Positions 10,780 to 22,430 of a DNA stretch of 64,000 nucleotides are shown here, in pieces. The stretch covers positions 6,218,123 to 6,282,122 of the forward strand of contig NC_069116.1 of assembly GCF_025612915.1 (NCBI RefSeq). The letters run 5' to 3'. The notes under the pieces were generated by a model. It was not told where the DNA came from. It saw only the letters and a program-made list of their open reading frames with translations, and ran no database searches. The stretch's first letter is position 1. The number at the start of each line of letters is the position of its first letter. This stretch comes from Crassostrea angulata. Lineage: Eukaryota. Made by a program: the position numbers and the translations under genes.

Positions 10780-11110
10780 ATTCCATTTACCACAGCCAAC
10801 TGTCAGCTGCCAACTGCTCATGCGTACTGCCAACTGCTTACTGCATACTTCCAACTGCTTACTAACAATTGCTTTCCTTTCCTCTTGATTGGGATAAGGG
10901 CATGTGCAGACATTTATTTGAGGATGAAGGGATTGATAGATAGCTATTTCAAAAAAAGTGTATACAAAGAACGGGAGACTATGGAATTCCTTATACGGCT
11001 GCCAACTGCTTACTCGCTGCCAACTGCTTACTGCCAAATTCCTTCTTTCCTCTATATTGGGTTAAGCGCATATGCAGACATTTATTTAAGGATGGCGGGA
11101 TTGATAGATT
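10780..11110. repeat. Tandem repeat: two about-150-bp units, each with (ctgccaactgcttactg) subrepeats and a conserved ...gcatgtgcagacatttatttgaggatgaagggattgatag... core
   Basis: The pair 10860–10950 / 11030–11110 is near-identical. ctgccaactgct recurs at least 6 times. Confidence 0.7.
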
Positions 11111-13097
11111 GATAGCGTTAATTTTATTTTGCACATATTAACAACCATCTGTCAGCCCTAATCACTGCATTCCATATCATCTTATTTTATCTTAAATCAA
11201 AACTAGCGAGCGAGCTTAGAGTGCAACGCCACTGCATGATCCTACTATTTATATTACCTGATCACGTGACCCGAAACCTATTCGAGTACGTATGAAACCC
11301 CACCACGCACATGATTTTAAAGGGGCATTGTCACGATTTTGGTCGAATTTTATTTTTCTGTTTTTATTAGTTGCAATGCTTTAGGAATGCATTTCTAATG
11401 TCAATGATCAGATGAAATTTGGGTGCCAGTCCTTGAGTTTTAAGCAAGATACAGGGCTTACAGTTCTTTGTCATGTAAACAATTAAGACTCGTGTCCTGT
11501 TTTTGTTTACATAGGTTAAATATGAAGTAGCGTTACTACTGGGCGTTGTACCAAGAATAACAATACTGATGGTTCGGATTTTCATATATATATATTCTGT
11601 GTTAAAATGAACAACCCTGAAATATACAATGAGAGTGTGCCTTATAATATGCACAACATGGTAATGATATAAACAATTTATACGATGTACATAATCATAT
11701 GAGTTATCGCTCTCACATAAACAATTACTTCATCCATGTAATTTCTACACGTACATATGCAATATTACTAAATCATATATTTATACATTTAGAGATATAT
11801 CATATATATGCATCTCTATAATAACAACAATTAATAGATTTATTTAGGTAACAAAATATTGTAATACCTGATTGTGGATCAGGGTCCACTTCAAATAATT
11901 ATGACAAATGCTGTTAATCAAGTCAGGATCCTGTTAAACAATAATGTGTGCGTATAGAACACTATTTTTGATAAATACCAACAAATAATAATTTCATTAT
12001 CTGCTTTCACACTTAGCATTCTCACTGAATAGTGTTTATGTAAAAACTATAGACAATCAAAAATATTACGCTATATAATTAGAGTTTAACTGTGAATTAA
12101 AAAGTAAAAGAACTTACAGTATGAGGTCATGTCAGAAGTCGTATTTATTTGACGTATAGTCTCAGACATATGAAGTCCACCTCTCCTGAGCTCGACAAAA
12201 AACTAGCCCTCACTCGAAAACTACCTGCCGCGCACCGCGCGAAAATTCTCTCAGCCAATCAACAACCAGAATTAAATATAGAATTGACCATTTGCTATTT
12301 TTAACTTTAAGGGATAACACGTATAACACAACTTTTTAATATGAATGATTTTATTATTGTAATGATAAACGTTAATTTGTAAAGCTGAAATAAAAAATGC
12401 ATAAAATAATATTTACGAAATTCAACACTATCACAAATACACCAGTAAACTAGAGCTGAGCTCGTGGCAAAGCCCCGAGTAGGTCTTCCGTTGTTGCTGC
12501 GAGTTGAAAATATATGTTACATGTATATGGTGTCAAACGATTATAATGACTATATTTTCTGTTCTGCTTTTGTTATAAAAACGTGTTGTGATTGAAAGCC
12601 TGTATATAAAACGTGTTTTGAAAAAAGAAAGGACGAAAATATTTTAGGAAAACTATTTGTCGAGCAGAGTTTATGTAATCGTTTCAAACATTCTTTAAAA
12701 AATGAGATGTTTAATGGCTAGTTAAATTTTCAAAGGGTAGCAAGCATTGTTATAAACAGTATGTACTCGTGATTCATGTCAGGAATTGTATTTCTTTTTT
12801 AAACTAAACGTGCCTACAAAACACGTAAACTTTTCACAAAGATAACTTCTATATTAAAATATTTCTAAATTTTTGAAGACTATGTGCAAGTTTAGAATTG
12901 CGTGCTGACAAAATTTACAGACCCTAAAACGTACTACTACACCAAAAAAGCGTGCGGCCTACGTGCGAGAAACGTTTCGTGTAAACCTTTCAGAGTTTCG
13001 TGTAAACCGTTTAGCGTTTCGGGCAAAGCGTGCGAAAACCGTGTGAAACGTTCATCAGATTTCATTCGGAACTCCCTAACAAGTTAATTGTTTCAAA

Positions 13098-13160
13098 ATG
13101 GCGCCCGTGTTTAACATTACTTTAACAAAATTGAACGAATTTTTAACAAACAAAAGAAAG
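13098..13160 (+). CDS. Candidate first coding exon (MAPVFNITLTKLNEFLTNKRK) of an unidentified gene. Downstream exons were not found.
   Basis: ATG in Kozak context caaaATGG and donor AAAG|gtatat at 13161. The upstream 12.1–13.1 kb is CpG-rich with CCAAT boxes (cagccaatcaa at 12245). Confidence 0.2.
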
Positions 13161-13929
13161 GTATATGTATTAAAAGACGACTAGTTACAGAGTACATGTA
13201 TATTTAACGTTTTCATGCGATGTTTCAGTACTGAAACAATATTAAAATTCGCTATACATAAAAAATATTAAATACAGTTAGTGAAACATGATTTCTATTG
13301 GAACAAACCTAAATCAACTTTAACTTGCACGATCATGTTTTGATAGGCATGTATTTTTATTATTTATTTACATCGATAACTCTTACTGATAACTCTTACT
13401 GAGACCATTCGGCTGTGTACAAGCAGCACACATAACCTCGGACATCGGGTGAGACCTGCACCTGGCTGAACCTGTCAATCAAACTCTGTGTATTTGTTTT
13501 CATTGGATGGTCAGGCGTCTCTCTTTTGTCAAAAGCCAATGGAAAATTAATGACTTCAAGGTAATCGGAATCAGTATTTGATGAAGCAATGAGTTCGTTT
13601 CCACAATGAAACTACAGAAGTGATTAATATGTGACCGATAGAACCTAATCTAAAGTTGTTTAAACTCATGTGAATATTTTTTAAAATAATCATCGAATGC
13701 CTCAATTCAGGGCATTCCTTTATCGTGCTAGCACCTACCGCAAACATGGAACTTTGATTATAATTTGATTTCATTTTTAAACTATCTTGTACGCTATCGT
13801 ATAAATCAATGCTTAATCAACTGTACAAGTAAAATAAATTTATCTTTTCATCTTAAACCAATATAATAGTTGAAAACATAATAAAATATAGTTGTGTCCG
13901 TGCAAAATATGAAACATAAACGCGTCATA

Positions 13930-14800
13930 AGGAACATGTACAAAAACACGAACCGACCGCGGATCACTTATCTACTCGCGCCGGATCTCCTCAGCCATGT
14001 GCGAGGGATGATCATCATTTAAAGGTTTAATATTTGAGGGGGGTTGTTGATTTAAAACATTAATTGTACAGTTTTTAAAGTACTTTACCTAAACAAACCA
14101 ACCATTAGTTGTCTAACGATTTTTCCGATTTGGAGTAATATCGTTCGTTAATATTCATTTACACTCAAATATTTAATTAAATATATATACAAGTAGGACA
14201 AACTTTTATAACATAAAATTAAAACAGTTCTTGTATATACGGCTATATTAACTCAAACACGTTCATATGCATGTAAATGTAAGTCGCGGTGTGCGAATCT
14301 TGTGTATTAAATAACCGCTTACCGCTAAGTAATGCAGCCGTGGCTGATCTCCTCGGCCGTGGGCGAAGAATAGATTACGTAAAGGTACAACGCACAGAAA
14401 CGCACAGCTCAGAACCAAGGAAGATTTGAAAAGTTTGCAGTATAATGACCTTACTCTATCAAATAGAAGTTATATATTTTAAACTTAAACCCCACAATTG
14501 ATCTATGTCTATTATTGCTTTAGGGAATGACATTGCTTTTATTAATTAAATGAACTATTTCTTACTTGACATCCAATCGTTTAATCCACAAAAGATTTTG
14601 TGTAATCAAAACTAAAACAATTCTTGAGTTCGCGGCTAAATAAAGTCATATATGAGAGACGCAATTCTCGTGTATTAAATAACCGCTGACCGCTAGGTAG
14701 TCCAGCCGCGAGCATGGTAACCGATTTTCTCGGCCGAGGGCAAGGGAGAGCTTACATAATGGTACACACACATGCAGCTCTGATTCAAAGTAGATTTTAA
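13930..14800. repeat. Three diverged copies (about 13935–14040, 14230–14420, 14600–14790) of a repeat with conserved core gtgtattaaataaccgct.accgcta.gta..cagccg...tctcctcggccg.ggc.a
   Basis: Direct alignment of the three segments. Copy spacing is about 370 bp. Confidence 0.6.
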
Positions 14801-15781
14801 ATGCATGGAGTTAATAACTAAAATATAATGCATAGAGTTTTTTAATTCCATATTTTGTGGTTTACTAGAAAAGAAAAAGAATGTTTTGTTTTCCAATTGC
14901 CGTTTTTAATGATTGTGCACTATAAGAACTTAACAACAATGACTTTAACTCCTAAAGGAAAAGCTTATACTCAAACAACAAAAAAATTCTTATGAATTAA
15001 TGCTTCTTGTATAAACCAGCATACTTTCTGCGGCAACTTTATGCCAGTTGTACGCACAAAGACTTTCGTTAACTTGTCAAATGACAACAGGTACATGTCA
15101 ACATGTAAAGCTTTTTACACTCATACTACACAAATCACTTATAAAATAACATTGTTACGACCTTTATGAGATCCCAACAAACAACTTTTCCAGCGACAGC
15201 CATATCAAAATCCTAACCGTTTTTGAGTTATTAAGCAAAAACTTTTAGGGGCTATTGGCCCTTAATTTAAGGGGCCAACCCTTTTTTATTGGTGTTAAAT
15301 GAAAGCCCTTGATATTCTGTACAACTTTTATTCAACATGTCTTAACAAAATATTTTTCGTTAAAAAGATATAAAGGAAAATATGTCTAAATTTTTGCACT
15401 TTTTGGAATCCTGTTTTTTGACCCCCTACCTTTTCCTAAATAAAAAACGTAATCTAAAAACAAAAACTAATGTGCACCACTACAATGTCTCTGCTATTCA
15501 AATTCGTTGGATTCCCATTCCCTGCTATCATAGTCTCGGAGCCTTTGTCTGGAAACCAAAGGCCCTAAAAAATTTTAAAAGGGGAATAACTCGTTACCGG
15601 AAAGGGAATTCTAACTTTTATGAATTGAGGAAGATAGTGTTTTGTAAAGTCCATTAGCCCTGAAAATTTGAGCAAAAACCGTTCACAAATGAGCACGATA
15701 TGAAGCCTCAAAGTTCGCGTCTAGGAAGAAAAAAAAAAAAAAAAGAAAAATAAGAATAATCTTAACCAGCACAATAATAGA

Positions 15782-15812
<31 letters not shown>

Positions 15813-16768
15813 AAATCTTTTTAAAGCGGGTTTGTCTACCTTATTAGACTTATCTATGACTCTAGACTTGTCTATCTTATCAGGTACCCTTTAAGCATAA
15901 ATAAACAGTTCCTAACGAATAACACATTCATTTTAGGTCTTAAACTGGAATTTTCACTTCAACATTCAAAATGTAAACAAACGCTTTGTTTACATAGCGA
16001 AGAATTGTAAGCTCTGTAACTCGCTTATAACTCAACAAATGATACTCAAATTTTCGTTGCCTATTGAAAATGCCTTACTAAAGCATTGTAAACATCAAAA
16101 TCGAAAAAATAATTTTTGACCAAAATCGTGACCTTGCCCCTTTTGAATACATTAACTCGTGTTTACCACTTTTAAAAGACACGAGATAGTGGAGTTCTTG
16201 ATTTGTCTGATGCTATCCATATAGAATGTTTGAAATTTTGGTTCAATCCGGAATAATCAGAGAATCAGAAAACAAAACACACTTTGTCCATCTGGTCGTC
16301 CATCTTTTTTCGGCATAGCAACCCAGATGTATTTGGTTGTTGCGATATAAAAAATGATGCCATTTTGTATGGAGGGTAATCGCGTTCAAAAATCCAGACA
16401 TGTAAACTTGTAAATCCGAATATGCAATCGTGTTGATGTGTGAGCATGAATATGTGTAATTCTGATCGTGTAACCTATAAAACTCGGGCATAAACACGTG
16501 TAAGATTTGACTCAGTTCCTTCGCATGATGCACATTTTGCAACTTTACTGGCGTGCCAGTATTGTTTACATTAGTTAATTAAACCTTCAACTTCAAACGC
16601 GCTCTGAAGCGTTCAATGGACATTGATCACGAAGTGAAACAGAAAGTAGAAATGGTTACGCATGTGTTGTGAAACATGCCTCAATATTATTTATTAATAT
16701 TTATTATGTAAGTAGCAGTTGCTACAGTATATTTATATATATTGTATATTGAATATAGTTTTGTTAAA

Positions 16769-16842
16769 ATGTCTTTGAAAGCCAACGATCTATTTGGGGG
16801 TGCGCTTAGTGTTCTACTTCCAAGCAACGCCAAGGATATTAG
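16769..16842 (+). CDS. RANGRF: RANGRF/MOG1 (Ran guanine nucleotide release factor) exon 1: MSLKANDLFGGALSVLLPSNAKDI
   Basis: ATG at 16769. The protein matches the MOG1 N-terminus (PLFGGAFSAILP). Donor AG|gtactg at 16843. Confidence 0.85.
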
Positions 16843-17044
16843 GTACTGTACAATAACGTATATCTACTTTAGTCGGTGAATAAGGTAGTATATTTAAACA
16901 AGTTAATGTTATTTCATGTCAATTAAACTAGATAATTACAGAATGATATTTGTCATATGAAGATTTTTAACCGCGACGAGCCCCTGTGATTTACTTTGCC
17001 TGAATATTGGGGCTTGAAGACCCTTCTTGTCATCACACTATGAT

Positions 17045-17243
17045 CACAGGCACCTGAATTTTTATCAATCAGTCGCTTAGTCAAATAGAAAAAAATTTAC
17101 TCCTACTTTATATCAATCAGTCGCTTAATAAGTCAAAAATAAAACTTCTACCCCTACTATATATAAATTTAGATATAGTAGGGGTAGAACATTTTATATT
17201 TGATTTATTAAGCGACTGATTGATAAAAATTCAAGTGCCTGTG
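17045..17243. mobile_element. MITE-like foldback insertion in RANGRF intron 1 (TIRs cacaggcacctgaatttttatcaatcagtcgcttag ... ctaagcgactgattgataaaaattcaagtgcctgtg)
   Basis: About 36-bp terminal inverted repeats, an internal direct duplication and a central palindrome (ctactatatataaatttagatatagtag). Confidence 0.7.
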
Positions 17244-17277
17244 TTGTTATCATGCGGTACATTGTGCTGTTTAACAG

Positions 17278-17391
17278 TGATCTACGACAGATTCCTGATA
17301 ACCAAGAAGTGTTTGCACACCCAGTTACTGACCAAAGCATCATCATTGAAATCCTGGAATATGTGGATAAAGATGACGACGAGGCCATTAG
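17278..17391 (+). CDS. RANGRF: RANGRF/MOG1 exon 2: [38 protein letters not shown]
   Basis: Acceptor tttaacag|T and donor AG|gttagt at 17392. The DNQEVF.HP.TDQS motif is diagnostic of MOG1. Confidence 0.9.
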
Positions 17392-17667
17392 GTTAGTACA
17401 AGGAGAGGAACTTGTAAGTTGTGTTACATATTTATATAAAGCTTATTTGATATAACTATTTTTGTATGTGAATCTAACTATACATTAACCACATTTATAA
17501 TATTATGATTAATGATTTAAAACTTGCATACTAAAATTTGTATTGCATAGATAATATTTGTAATGATAATTTTAAAATGATGAACTGTAAAAGAAATTAT
17601 TTAAAGGTAAAGCAATTCTACCAACGTTGGTAAAAATTTAGAGGTGAGAGGATTGACTCTGTTGTAG

Positions 17668-17769
17668 AACACACTTCAGTGACCTGGCTTCGGACAATGA
17701 TGTCCAGAGTGGAGATGCCATCATTGCACAGACTGAAAAGATCCCAGACACTGATCTGAAAATGACCCA
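17668..17769 (+). CDS. RANGRF: RANGRF/MOG1 exon 3: RTHFSDLASDNDVQSGDAIIAQTEKIPDTDLKMT
   Basis: Acceptor gttgtag|A and donor CA|gtaggt at 17770. Phase continuity holds. Confidence 0.8.
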
Positions 17770-17872
17770 GTAGGTCTTTACAAAGTTTTTAGAAGAAAGT
17801 CCATTATATGACGTTTTTAAAGTTTTAAACAATGTCTATGGTCAGGTATAAAGAGTCCCTTTATATATCCAG

Positions 17873-18025
17873 GTGTGACAATGCATACTATATTCTTGGA
17901 CAGCAAAATGTCTCCAAGTTTAACGAGGCAGCCAAGAACACAGTGGACATGCATATTGGTCTGTTTCGTATTTCCAAATTTACCACGGACATTTTGGTGA
18001 CCTTCAATAATCCTTCAAACATCAA
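17873..18025 (+). CDS. RANGRF: RANGRF/MOG1 exon 4: QCDNAYYILGQQNVSKFNEAAKNTVDMHIGLFRISKFTTDILVTFNNPSNI
   Basis: Acceptor tatatccag|G and donor AA|gtaagt at 18026. It matches the human ...LLRLPQYQTDLLLTFNQPP segment. Confidence 0.85.
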
Positions 18026-18445
18026 GTAAGTCATGTATTAGGTGATAACCATTTATCATTTTAAAGGTAGACACAATTGTACAGTGGGGCTTCAATTTCT
18101 GCTCGATTTTTTTTTTAATTTGGAAAAGAATTCTTGAATGGTGTTTCATTGATCTAAATAAACAAGATCATATTACACTTATTTTTTGACTGATACATTT
18201 CGAAGATTTAAAATGATGTTTAATATGTGACAATTTAATAAATACAGTACTTCATAAATTTAATAATTTATACACGTTAATACTGCTCCAATGATAACAA
18301 AGCAGGAAATAAAAAAGTGATATAATACGTGTGTATCTTCTTGTTCTACCGTTGAACAAAATGATAATTCATCATTATTTAAGAGTTTATGTAAACAGTC
18401 CTAAATAAGAGTTCCAAGTTGTCATGTGACTTGTCTATCCTTTAG

Positions 18446-18563
18446 CCCAGAGAGCAGTAGCCACAAGCCGGTCCCTGTCAGTGCCGACCCTTGGACCCTC
18501 CAGGATTTCAGACAGATTCTGACCTCTCTTGCTATCGTAGATGAGGGAATATTCGGCCAGTGA
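18446..18563 (+). CDS. RANGRF: RANGRF/MOG1 exon 5 (terminal): NPESSSHKPVPVSADPWTLQDFRQILTSLAIVDEGIFGQ*
   Basis: Acceptor ctatcctttag|C. Stop TGA at 18561-18563. It matches the human C-terminus ...[27 protein letters not shown]. Confidence 0.85.
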
Positions 18564-20055
18564 AAGTCTCCATACTTGAACTCCATGAGACATTTGATAC
18601 TTACTGTTGTGTTGTCAGGTATATGAGGTGGATGATCAGTTGTGAGTGAGAGCTCACTTGTACAGAGAAACAACAAATTGATTGTGTAACACCTTGAATG
18701 ACAAAACCCATTCAATCGATATGGGTCACTTGAAGGGTTTTTCTAATGTCTTAATCATTAATTATGCAAACAAGATACTTTTTTGAATTTTGGATGCATG
18801 GAAATTTACTTTCAAAGGGTCCAGTATTTCAGATGTTTTGTTCATCGTGTGTACATACAAAACATGATTCTGGGAGGTGTTATGAGAACTCAGTTTTGTC
18901 CACCCAAACATGTAGCATGTTAAGGAAAAGTATAGCAGGTTTATAAACATCTATAAGAATGGAAGGTGCTTTCTATTATTTGGTGTCATTTACACTAGGG
19001 GTACTGAGGGGTACTGGGACTATGCTTGACCTCTAGTGAACTCATCCAGCTTGATGTTGATTGGTCATTAATGAGGATATTGTACGTGAAGTATATATTG
19101 TAAAGTTAATTGTACTAAAGTCTTTGCCTTGTAATGACATTCGGTTATTGTTATAAAGACAATACATTAAATAAAAAAATATCAAACCATTACTGAAAGA
19201 TATTTTATAGGCTATAGTTATGTATGAAATAGACAACTTTTTATCTGATTAATTTTACTGTTGGTTATGTGTTTCATGTTATAAGTTCTGTCCAGAATGT
19301 GAATGTGAATGGATATGTACACCTTAATAATAAATATTTGACATGAGATATATTGCTTTAAACAAGTGGAATTGACCATTAGCTCAAAGTAAACAGTTCG
19401 ATTCCCATGGTTTTTTTAAAATATGGTTTTTGACGATGGTGTAAAATGAAACATCTTTGTCACTACCCCCCCCCCCCTAAAAAAAAATTCTAATTTTTTA
19501 TGAATTATATTACTTAGAAAACGGAACTACCTAATGTTAAAAAATTGAAGAAAGTACAATGAACAAAATAATAACAATACTGCAAACATTTTTTAAACTA
19601 GTAGTCTGCAGTGGTTTGGCAGGCAAGTGGCTGAACAATTCAGCCATAATGGCAGTGTTTACTGTCAATTGTGAGCGATATACTGTACATGCAATTAATG
19701 TTCTGAAATGTGAGGTACTATTTAATATGATCGTGAGTGCTATTGCACTTGGATATTAATTAACATTTTTAATAAAATATGTTAAAAAACATTTCCTTTT
19801 GTGTAAATACTGTGCTTGTAAATTTAAAAAAAACATTGCTAGTATTATTATTGGATTATTCAGAAAAACACGTACAGAGTCAAATCATTATCCAAAACAC
19901 ATACAAAATTTGAAGAATTCTATAGTTCTTCACCAGAATTTCACCACACTAAACAAATTGTACTTGTCAAAAGTTATTCACATTGCAGTAGCCCCGGGTT
20001 TATTTTTGTGGTATTTTGAAAACATGATATCGAAAAAATCTAGGTTTGTAGGTTT

Positions 20056-20139
20056 TCAGGGATTAAAAAATAACTTCTTGGTAAATGAACTTGTATACTC
20101 CACTATCTCTGGCTCGCTGACCGCATTAAGGTGATTTAT
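20056..20139 (-). CDS. Caspase-like gene, terminal exon (INHLNAVSEPEIVEYTSSFTKKLFFNP*)
   Basis: Acceptor ctgttttacag|ATA. It aligns with the caspase-3 C-terminus KQIPCIVSMLTKELYFYH. Stop TGA at complement 20058-20056. Confidence 0.65.
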   Translation of the reverse strand: MNHLNAVSEPEIVEYTSSFTKKLFFNP

Positions 20140-20247
20140 CTGTAAAACAGAAGAGTAGTATGTTTGTTTTTGTGCAGTGCTCTGGAAAAATCATGGTACT
20201 GTGTATTTTATTTTTTGGCATTCCCTAATATTTGATACTAATTGTAC

Positions 20248-20344
20248 CTTTTTAACGATTTCTCCGAAATCTTCTTCGCATACCAAGTTTCTCATGAGAT
20301 ACACCAAAGATTGAATAAATCTTGAACCAAAAACTCCATTATAA
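20248..20344 (-). CDS. Caspase-like gene, p10 small-subunit exon (SYNGVFGSRFIQSLVYLMRNLVCEEDFGEIVKK)
   Basis: GSRFIQSL aligns with caspase GSWFIQSL. Acceptor gttag|T is chosen for phase; the stronger ttttcag 10 nt upstream is out of phase. Donor AAAAG|gtacaa. Confidence 0.6.
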
Positions 20345-20420
20345 CTAACTTCGACTGAAAATAAACAGAGAATATTATGTAAGTGTATGGGGGAAAGAAT
20401 GATAAAACACTGAAATTTAC

Positions 20421-20568
20421 CTTTTGAAATATAATGAGTTACCGTCTTTTGTTGCCTTGACAACAAACATGTCTGCCCTCAAGTCGCCAGAATCCTCTAA
20501 AGTAAGCGAAGACGAAGATGTTGGTGTTTTGGATTTCTTTTGGAACTCGGCGGTGCCTGATTTAGGCG
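20421..20568 (-). CDS. Caspase-like gene, inter-subunit linker and p10 start (APKSGTAEFQKKSKTPTSSSSLTLEDSGDLRADMFVVKATKDGNSLYFK)
   Basis: Same reading frame as the p20 exon after intron removal. Acceptor ttgaaag|CG (alternative at complement 20556). Donor AAAAG|gtaaat. ADMFVVKAT aligns with caspase ADFLYAYST. DSGD/LRAD are Asp-rich linker cleavage-site-like motifs. Confidence 0.65.
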
Positions 20569-20700
20569 CTTTCAAAAAAAAAATATAAAGATCTAGCTAT
20601 GGTTCGTAGAAATGAAGCAGAAACCTTGCATGCGATCTACTGAGCACCACAAGAGCAGCATGGAAAATGAAATTGCAAATCGTAAAACCTGACAACCTAC

Positions 20701-20917
20701 CATCGCTGCATGTTTGAAAAATAAAAACCTTCGGTTTCCCTCGAAGATAGCTACAATGCTCACTATCAAACATGGAAATGATTGTGTCAGTGTCTATTTT
20801 ATAACCATCAACGCCAAACAGACGTTCTCCGTCACCACGTGACATGATCACCATGACAAAGCATTCCAGAGAGGCATGGTCACGTGTTCTCTCTCCCTCA
20901 AGCACACTGGAGAGGTT
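20701..20917 (-). CDS. Caspase-like gene, p20 large-subunit core exon (NLSSVLEGERTRDHASLECFVMVIMSRGDGERLFGVDGYKIDTDTIISMFDSEHCSYLRGKPKVFIFQTCSD)
   Basis: Acceptor cttattag|AAC and donor GATG|gtaggt. It aligns residue-for-residue with caspase-3 [27 protein letters not shown]...LTGKPKLFIIQACRG, with SRG in place of SHG and QTCSD in place of QACRG. Confidence 0.8.
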
Positions 20918-21051
20918 CTAATAAGAAAAATAAGAAAACTACTGCACTCTCTTATTGCATTAAACTATTTACTGTTACAAAAAGTAACTCATGCAAATTT
21001 TCTAAACCGCTGAAGAATTGAAGCACTGATGATCATGCCAACGGATGTTTA

Positions 21052-21196
21052 TGAACTGTTCAACGTTAATATCCAATTAAACAAGATGCACATGCAATTT
21101 AAAATGTAGCGTCTTGTGATCCAATTTTTATTAGCGAGAGAGAAATTTTCATCGTCGTCGCAAACATACTCGCCGCAAACCAGTCCATACATGTAT
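21052..21196 (-). CDS. Caspase-like gene, candidate p20 N-terminal exon (YMYGLVCGEYVCDDDENF...). The 3' boundary is unresolved.
   Basis: Acceptor aactatcag|A. The segment aligns loosely to caspase-3 YKMDYPEMGLCIIINNKNF. No clean phase-0 donor was found before the in-frame stop at 21049. Confidence 0.3.
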
Positions 21197-21819
21197 CTGA
21201 TAGTTAAAAAAACCCAATTCCATCTTAATCCCAAAAAGTAACGTCAGTCAGTTTTTCTTTGTTTAAATTGCGAAATAAAGTTGTCACAAATAAAAGTTGG
21301 TTTATTGTACCTTTAGCGTTAGGTTGCTGTGTTGTTTTGTCTGGAAGTGTAACTGTTTGAAGAGAACGTCCAAACTTGTGGCGTCTTGCTGGGACCGTGC
21401 CATTCTTTCTTTGTCCACCTCATCACCAAACAGGAAGTTATTGATAATAACTAGTCTACCTCGGGTTGCTTCTTTCATTCGGTAGACAGCAAGCTTTTTT
21501 TTTTGAAAAGGGGAATTTGAAAATTGACATATATGTAGCTATTAATATTACAAACTAGAAAATGAAATATACAGCGTATATATACAGTGTGCGCGTACCT
21601 CGTCCTCTTTAGAATCACCCTGTGGACGTTGAGAAAGGCGGATTTGGAAATCCATAGACTGTGCATGGTCCTGCTCAGACGGCCAATCTATCATAATGAA
21701 CACCAGAATTAAAAGAAATACCATTTATATTGAAGAAAACTACTGGAAAACTGCGGCACACAAAAAAAGAAGCATGCGAACCATATGGAAAGACAAAATC
21801 CTCTTCCGTAGTTCTTAAC

Positions 21820-22068
21820 TTCCGAAAATCTTTCTCTTTTAAGGATTTGTGGTGTTCCGGATGAAGTTCCATACTTGGCACCACGAGGTCATCATCAAAG
21901 GACTCTACAGGTTTCCTGTGCGCCTGGAATTCTCCGATAGACTCCATCGGTTCTCGCTTTGCCCCTGTCATCCAGTTGTGCAGAGGCGTCTTAGGTAACC
22001 CAACATACTGCCGAGGTTCTATTGCTGCTTTTGGAGGATATGGAGTTGTGTTTAGTCGACCCCCAGGG
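21820..22068 (-). CDS. Caspase-like gene, prodomain/linker exon (HPGGRLNTTPYPPKAAIEPRQYVGLPKTPLHNWMTGAKREPMESIGEFQAHRKPVESFDDDLVVPSMELHPEHHKSLKEKDFR). The 3' boundary is tentative.
   Basis: Strong acceptor aatttttcag|CCC. A phase-2 donor CGGAA|gttaag at complement 21819 would fit the next candidate exon. Alternatively the ORF continues to 21690 (donor AATG|gtattt, phase 1). Confidence 0.45.
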
Positions 22069-22430
22069 CTGAAAAATTATTTTTTTTCTTCAAAATATAT
22101 AAAAATAACTGCAAAGACACCGACTTAATAAATAACCTTTTGACAATGAAAATTCAGAAACCTGTTTGAAGGGATATGCTTGCAAGCATCGATGCAAATA
22201 AACACAATTATATGCTCTTAGCAGTATTTCAGAATTGTTTAGAATGGTCAATATTATTATCCTGTACATGTATAATGGTTTGAGCGGAAAGTGACTAATT
22301 TTAGTTAGAGCAATTAGAAGTAGAATTGAAACAACTGTTAAGCATTTTTTAAAAGTATTTTTGTAATTGCAGATCTTATTTAGTATTCTCCTTATTTAGT
22401 AGTTACTAGAGAATACTGGCGAGGTTGTAC

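Noticed and set aside
15740-15790. Palindrome aaggtcttccgttggaaacggaagacctt and a second ggtcttccgttg at 12478 as a regulatory element
   Set aside because: There are only two occurrences and no positional relationship to a gene start. This is likely coincidence or a repeat fragment.
19799-20134. 111-aa + strand ORF
   Set aside because: It is antisense to the terminal exon and 3' UTR of the caspase-like gene and has no domain signal.
20191-20466. Track ORF (− strand, 91 aa) read as a single exon
   Set aside because: It spans an intron (gtaaat...ttttcag) and mixes two frames. The caspase-consistent reading uses a different frame for the linker/p10 exon (ADMFVVKAT...) joined to SYNGVFGSRFIQ.
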